Assembly (NCBI GenBank): GCA_964016885.1
Contig: OZ024751.1
Coordinates: 38,068,001 to 38,132,000 of the forward strand
DNA: 64,000 nucleotides
Direction: 5' to 3'
From: Eledone cirrhosa
Taxonomy: Eukaryota
A program made the position numbers and the translations under genes. The notes below the pieces were generated by a model. The model was not told where the DNA came from. It made no database searches and saw nothing but the letters and a program-made list of their open reading frames with translations. Shown piece after piece: positions 57,682 through 64,000 of this stretch (its first letter is position 1; each line of letters begins with the position of its first letter).

Positions 57682-58246
57682 GAGGGGGGTTGTAGTTGAT
57701 TTATCAGATGATGGTGGCTGTAAACATGTTAAAGATAACGTTTAATATTAATAAATGAGTTTTAATTTAATCGAATCTTCATATATGTTTTCTAATTTCC
57801 TGTAATTTCAGGATAAATCTGTTACTAATACCACATATCACAACTGAATGTAATTTTGTCTCCGAAAATATAATAAAATAATCGCTTGAAATATCAAGTC
57901 GCTTATCATGACGACACTAGTAGTCTATGAATGTAAAGTTTCTTAAAAAATAATGAAGCTTTGATTAATGTCATCTAATTTTACGATGGAAGAAAATATA
58001 CCAAGAGATGTTCAGGTAATTTGAAGGGAATTATTAAAAGGAGCACTGGTGATTGTATGGTTACGAATATTACTTCGCAACTGAAGAAGTTGGTCCGAGC
58101 CCCTTGAAACTTCCAGCGAGGGAAGAAGCCAGGATGTGACAGTAGGTAGGAAAGAAGGCTGTAACAGAACTGAGATACTGACATTTCATTCCTTTAACAA
58201 TTCCGCCTTAAATGAGTCAGAACAAATATCTAAATATATATATATA

Positions 58247-58345
58247 TAACAAAACGCACCAGATTGCTCGATACTTGGGGTAGTAGAGTGGGTAATATGT
58301 CGAAACAGCCGGAGCTCAGCCGTCGGGGACCTGAATATCTTTTCA
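58247..58345. mobile_element. Degenerate family A element
   Basis: 'aacgcaccaga..gctcgatacttggggtagtagagtgggtaata' joined to the opposite-orientation 'gtcgaaacagcc.gagctcagccgtcgggga'. Confidence 0.82.
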
Positions 58346-59241
58346 TATATATATATATATATAATCGAGGTTAAGTAGAGTCATGGTTTACATGGTTTAC
58401 CAAAATCAGTACTCGATACTAAATCAGATTGGATATATTGGAAGGAAAAATTGAGATTTCACTCTATAATCAATATCAGTTTGTTTTCAATATATATATA
58501 TATAATTTATATCTTTATATATAGTTTCTGAGTACATAATCTATAATTCATCAAAGAAATAAGAAAAACCTTCAGTGCTTTATTTTTTAAAAAAGCTGTA
58601 CAAGTCTGTATTGGATCCAGGGAATTCTTCAGTTATAAAAGGGAAAATTTATATAAAACTTCTTCGACGTTGCTTTGTGTAGTAATAATAATATTAAATA
58701 ATGATTTCTTTTGTTGTCTAAATACAGAAAGTAAAAATATCCTGTTACTTCCAACAGCTAAGGTAGAGGTTCGGTAGGGAAATTTACAAATAAATATCTA
58801 CTTTTGACACGAAAGCTATTTGTTTCATAAAAGTAGCATGAGATAAGAGAGATTATATACGAGTTAAACCTTGTGTGATAAATCGTTCTCTGTTCCACGT
58901 GTCTTTTTGCAACCCTCTTTGCAGCGAAATGTTCGCCTCAGACTGCGAAATGTCATAGATCTAATGTGTTACATAAGCGAAGATATAAGCATTGCTATGA
59001 AACATTGTAGTTCATACAGGAAGGCATATTATTCTTTCTACAAACTGGATCAAGGTGTTATTATCATCCTAAAGTGAAGTGAAAGGATTTTTGTTTTACA
59101 CAGATTTTCTGCAATGCGCTTATCAATGTGCCCCCTCCCCTTCCGTCACTTTCCTTCTAACAACTTTATATATATTTGCGGATGTGTGTTCGTGCGTGTG
59201 TGCGTATATAAACGTTTGCATTGATATAGGTATGAATATGC

Positions 59242-59332
<91 letters not shown>

Positions 59333-59333
<1 letters not shown>

Positions 59334-59690
59334 GTAATAATAAATGTTAAGACTATCCGAAGAGGGCTCGATAAGCATTATATATATATATAAATATATA
59401 TATATATGAATGTATATATAGTGTATTTTGCAATACACTGTATACTTAATTAAAAGCATTTCGAAGACCTTATGCTATTGTTTTAGAGTAGTGACAGACT
59501 CACTTACTTTAATTTCAGGGAGATAAAGCTACATAAAGCTTTATCTCCCCCTGTTTGCTGAAATTAAAGTAAGTGAGTCTGTCACTACTCTAAAACAATA
59601 GCATAAGTTCTTCGAAATGCTTTTAATTAAGCATACAGTGTATTGCAAAATACACTGTATATACATGCATTCAGAACACCAATTCTAATA
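59333..59690 (-). mobile_element. TA-embedded fold-back element, family H (half hammerhead)
   Basis: Arms about 59410-59518 and 59558-59666; inner hairpin 59518-59549; GAA ATGCTT ttaatt AAGCAT A cagtg at 59614-59640. Confidence 0.85.
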
Positions 59691-59715
59691 TATATATATA
59701 TATGTATATATATAT

Positions 59716-59754
<39 letters not shown>

Positions 59755-59795
59755 AATATATATATACAAATATATATATACAAATATATATATAT

Positions 59796-59826
<31 letters not shown>

Positions 59827-59924
59827 CAAATATATATATATATATTGTAAAAGGCCGTAGTGTCTCAGAAGATCTCGTTAAGTGTGAAAGCAGCGATTAT
59901 TACTACTATTACTCGGCTAATGTG

Positions 59925-60210
59925 AAGGCCACGTGGGTTAGTGGGTAAGGTATTTTGCTTATGATTCATTACTATGAGATTATGAGTTCGATTCCTGGTG
60001 GTATATTTTGTCTGAGCAAGACACGTTATTTCACGTTACTACAGTCCACTCAGCTTGCAAAAATAAGTTGTACCTCTAATTCGAAGGGACGTTCTTGTCA
60101 AGCACCGTTTCACGCAAAATCTTTCAACCGAATTATGTTAAGGGTTCACGGAATGCTCAGATATTTGCACGTTAATTTCACGTGTTTGAATCAAGTCGAA
60201 CACTAACGAA
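59925..60210 (+). mobile_element. tRNA-derived SINE (second family)
   Basis: A box-like 'gtgggttagtgggtaagg', B box 'gagttcgattcc', 'tctgagcaagacacgttatttcacgttactacagtccactcagc'. Confidence 0.75.
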
Positions 60211-60797
60211 AGGAAACGGTGGAGGCCTAACAACAGTAACTGTTCTTATGGGCGCTAGTAAATCATTAAAGCAAAGCAGAGTATTTGTAGAACGCAATGA
60301 ATTAAAGATAACAGCTTACAACAGTTATGATATATTATCAGTTGACTCCTAACATGTTTACATTAACTTATTAACCGTATATGTAAATTTTGATATGGAG
60401 ATCTTATTAAAACACAGACGTCAAATTTACTTCGAAGATCTTATTAGGCAGCAAATGTAACAAGGAAAATTTATGAAGTCAGTATGTCAATTAACACAAA
60501 GTTTGTGTTAACCAAATATTACTATACATTCATTAGATTCTATTGTAAGAACATCGACTTTGATGAAATGGTGCTTAGCTTCAAATTACATGTAGTATTT
60601 AGTTTCACTCTCTATAATTGCAGGTTCCCACAATGATGGAGATGTAGTAGATTTAGTTTATCTTTCATCACCAAAGAATCCTAAACTATGTATCAAAAAT
60701 ACACTGAAACTTAAACTTGAAAGTAAAACGTGCTCTAAATGGATGTCGTGGTTTTGTGGTGGGATAATTATCACCACCACCACTACTAATAATAATA

Positions 60798-60981
60798 ATT
60801 GTTTCTACTTTTGGTACAAGGCCAGCATTTAACCAGTACATTACTGGTACTTTATTTTATCGACCCCATATGGATGAAAGGCAAAGTTAACCTCGGCGGG
60901 ATGTGAACTCAGATCGTAAAGGGACGTAACTATGCTCGAAAGCATGTCCCACCCTCTACCGATACTGCCAATTCACCGCCC
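60798..60981 (-). mobile_element. tRNA-derived SINE (young family)
   Basis: Matches 53966-54153; flanked by a probable TSD ctactaata(a/t)taataa. Confidence 0.92.
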
Positions 60982-61007
60982 TACTACTACTAATATTAAT
61001 AAATTCT

Positions 61008-61205
61008 CGGATTGGCAGAATCGTTAGAGCGCCGGAAAAGTGCTCTTTGCTTATTTTTTTTACGGATCGTTACACTCTGAGTTCTAATCTGAACGAGGTC
61101 AAATTTACCTTCCGGGTTCGCTCATAAAAAGTACCTGTAAAGGACCTGTGTTTATATATTAGACCCCCATCCCCCTTAAAATTGCTGGCCTTTAACCAAT
61201 GTTAA
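61008..61205 (+). mobile_element. Older copy of the tRNA-derived SINE
   Basis: 'ggattggcagaatcgttagagcgccgga...ctgagttctaatc..acgaggtcaaattt.cctt...aaattgctggcctt'. Confidence 0.78.
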
Positions 61206-61942
61206 ATTTATTATTATTAGTAGTAATAGTAGTAATAGTTTTGGTAATAATAGTAGTAGTATTACTGCTGAGACCTGGAACGAAAACTGCAAAGCATTCA
61301 ACTAGACGTTCTAAGGACGCTGCCAATTCACTGGCAGAGACGTCCGTTGGTTGTAAGAAAATACTAAATTGCCATATTTTTATTTCGTACGGTCACGTAT
61401 CTTCAACTCACATATTTTTACATCAGCAATATTTTAAGTTTACACTTTACATGTAATTGAGAAAAAAAGTTTCATTCAAGGACATATATATAACGTAACA
61501 TCTAGAATGTTATAATTGAAAATTATGGGCTTTCTCTGTATGAATTGCTGTAGCGCTTCAAACATGTAATTACGAACATTTGGAAGTGAACACATGGTGG
61601 TTTAACATAGTGATTTATAGTTGCATTTAGACCTGAAAAGATCAACATTTCTGCTGCTACGTAGAATGTGAAAGAGAACATTATTGAAATTAATTTGTTT
61701 TGATTTTTATCTCAGCGAATCCATATTTTCTACATGCTCAGATATTAATGAATAAAATATTTAACATATAAATACAGGCAAAACAGAAAAGACACAGGAA
61801 AACAGTCATTATATATATGTTTATTATGGCTAAAAGATGGGACTTGTAAATGTGGAGGAGTAGAAAGATATAATGTAGCCAAGGTAAAAAAAAATATTAA
61901 TTCAACTTCGGTATGGAACACACTTTCTCGCGTCTATCAATA

Positions 61943-62060
<118 letters not shown>

Positions 62061-62124
62061 GGAATATGAGTGTGTGTCTGTATAACCGAATTGTGTTTGG
62101 CTTCAGGTTTTCTGCCTTATATAT

Positions 62125-62179
<55 letters not shown>

Positions 62180-62191
62180 AATATATATATA

Positions 62192-62382
62192 TAACGAAGG
62201 AAGAGTGGTAAGGAACCAGATGGACCAAAACGCACCAGAGTACTCAATACTCAGGGTAGTAGAGTAGGTAATAGGAAAATGTTTGATCCCGACGGCAGAG
62301 GTCAACCCGTTTCGACGGCTATTTCGTGAAATAGCCGTCGAAACGGGTTGAGCTCTGCCGTCGGGGTCAAACACTTTCCTAT
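62192..62382 (-). mobile_element. Family A variant fold-back element (half hammerhead)
   Basis: Tail 62192-62270 plus palindrome 62271-62382 with apex gacggctatttc-gt-gaaatagccgtc, followed by GAAACGG...CCGTC ggggtc. Confidence 0.92.
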
Positions 62383-62410
62383 ATATATATATATATATCT
62401 ATATATATAT

Positions 62411-62617
62411 ACGTTATTCCGGGTTGAATCGGAGGTAACCACAGTAAGTAAGGTACTCAATACATTGCAGAGTATAAAAGTTTTAATATAGATCAGATTC
62501 TACAGGACTAGAACTGTTTCATTCTTTAGAAATCATCAGGAATCTCATATAGAGATTCCTGATGATTTCTAAAGAATGAAACAGTTCTAGTCCTGTAGAA
62601 TCTCATCTATATTAAAA

Positions 62618-62620
<3 letters not shown>
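62411..62620 (-). mobile_element. Family B fold-back hammerhead element
   Basis: Palindrome 62478-62620 with complete hammerheads on both strands (62495-62545 minus, 62552-62604 plus); tail 62411-62477. Confidence 0.92.
62552..62604 (+). ncRNA. Type I hammerhead ribozyme
   Basis: gagattc CTGATGA t ttct aa agaa t GAA ACAG ttctagtc CTGT A gaatctc; GUA triplet. Confidence 0.9.
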
Positions 62621-63353
<733 letters not shown>

Positions 63354-63679
63354 TGGTGTGTTGGTGTGTGGTGTGTGGTGTGTGTGGTGTGTGTGTGTGT
63401 GTACACTTTGTCTTCATCGCGCACTGTTGTAGACTACGACGAGGCAAAGCATTTCTGTGTGAATTTTCAAGAATCATATATTGTGAGTTCTCAATACACA
63501 CTTGGTAGTGCTTTCTCAATTATTTCGTAAATTCTAAGTGAATGTATATATGCAAAAAATACAAGTTGGCCTTCATTTTACCGAGGCCGGTGAAGTGCCG
63601 GACTAGGTTCTACTCAGTGAACCAGTTTAGATATACACGAGGTGAACCTTTGAAATATGTGATGTGTATGTGTGTCAAT

Positions 63680-63862
63680 ATATGATATATGTGTGTGTAT
63701 ATCTATATACGATATATGTGTGTGCCTATATACGATATATTTGTGTGCCTATATATGATATATGTGTGTGTATGTGTATCTATATATGATATATGTGTGT
63801 GTATATGTATCTATATATGCTATATGTGTGTGTATATGTATCTATATATGCTATATGTGTGT
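63680..63862. repeat. About 26-28-bp AT/GT-rich minisatellite
   Basis: 'tatatgtgtgtgtatatgtatctatatatg(a/c)' units. Confidence 0.8.
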
Positions 63863-64000
63863 GGTTATGTATGTAGAGTACCCTTTACCTTATCAACATA
63901 TTGTGATTTGTGTACGTTTGGTTTTCTGTGTTTGACATTTGGCTAACAGAGCGTATGCGCCCTTATATGTGTGTATGTGCGTGTATGTGTGTGTGTGTGT

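Noticed and set aside
58081-58130. CTGAAGA...GAAACTTCC..GGAAG pattern
   Set aside because: Lacks the UH cleavage site and stem I, and is not TA-embedded.

Overview
This is AT-rich, microsatellite-dense eukaryotic intergenic/intronic DNA. The tRNA-derived SINEs and repeat landscape suggest an octopod cephalopod (inference). I can support no host protein-coding gene; nearly all listed ORFs are translated (TA)n/(CA)n tracts. The only real coding sequence is a 5'-truncated, frameshifted CR1-group LINE reverse transcriptase (18969-21021). The main signal is a system of about 20 short non-coding inserts, from at least 8 sequence families, sitting inside (TA)n microsatellites. Most carry a full or half type I hammerhead ribozyme (CUGANGA...GAAA-palindromic stem III-NUH). 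Many are fold-back palindromes whose turn lies at or next to the ribozyme, and many share a YGAGYRC-like motif typically about 30-60 nt from their 3' end. The largest is a 3.9-kb giant palindrome of 311-bp hammerhead-bearing monomers (7 copies one way, about 5.4 the other), which looks like a retrozyme array. Together they resemble non-autonomous Penelope-like/retrozyme elements with TA targeting and hairpin-primed second-strand synthesis. A non-autonomous Helitron, several SINEs and small RTE relics are also present. All coordinates and alignments were read by eye.
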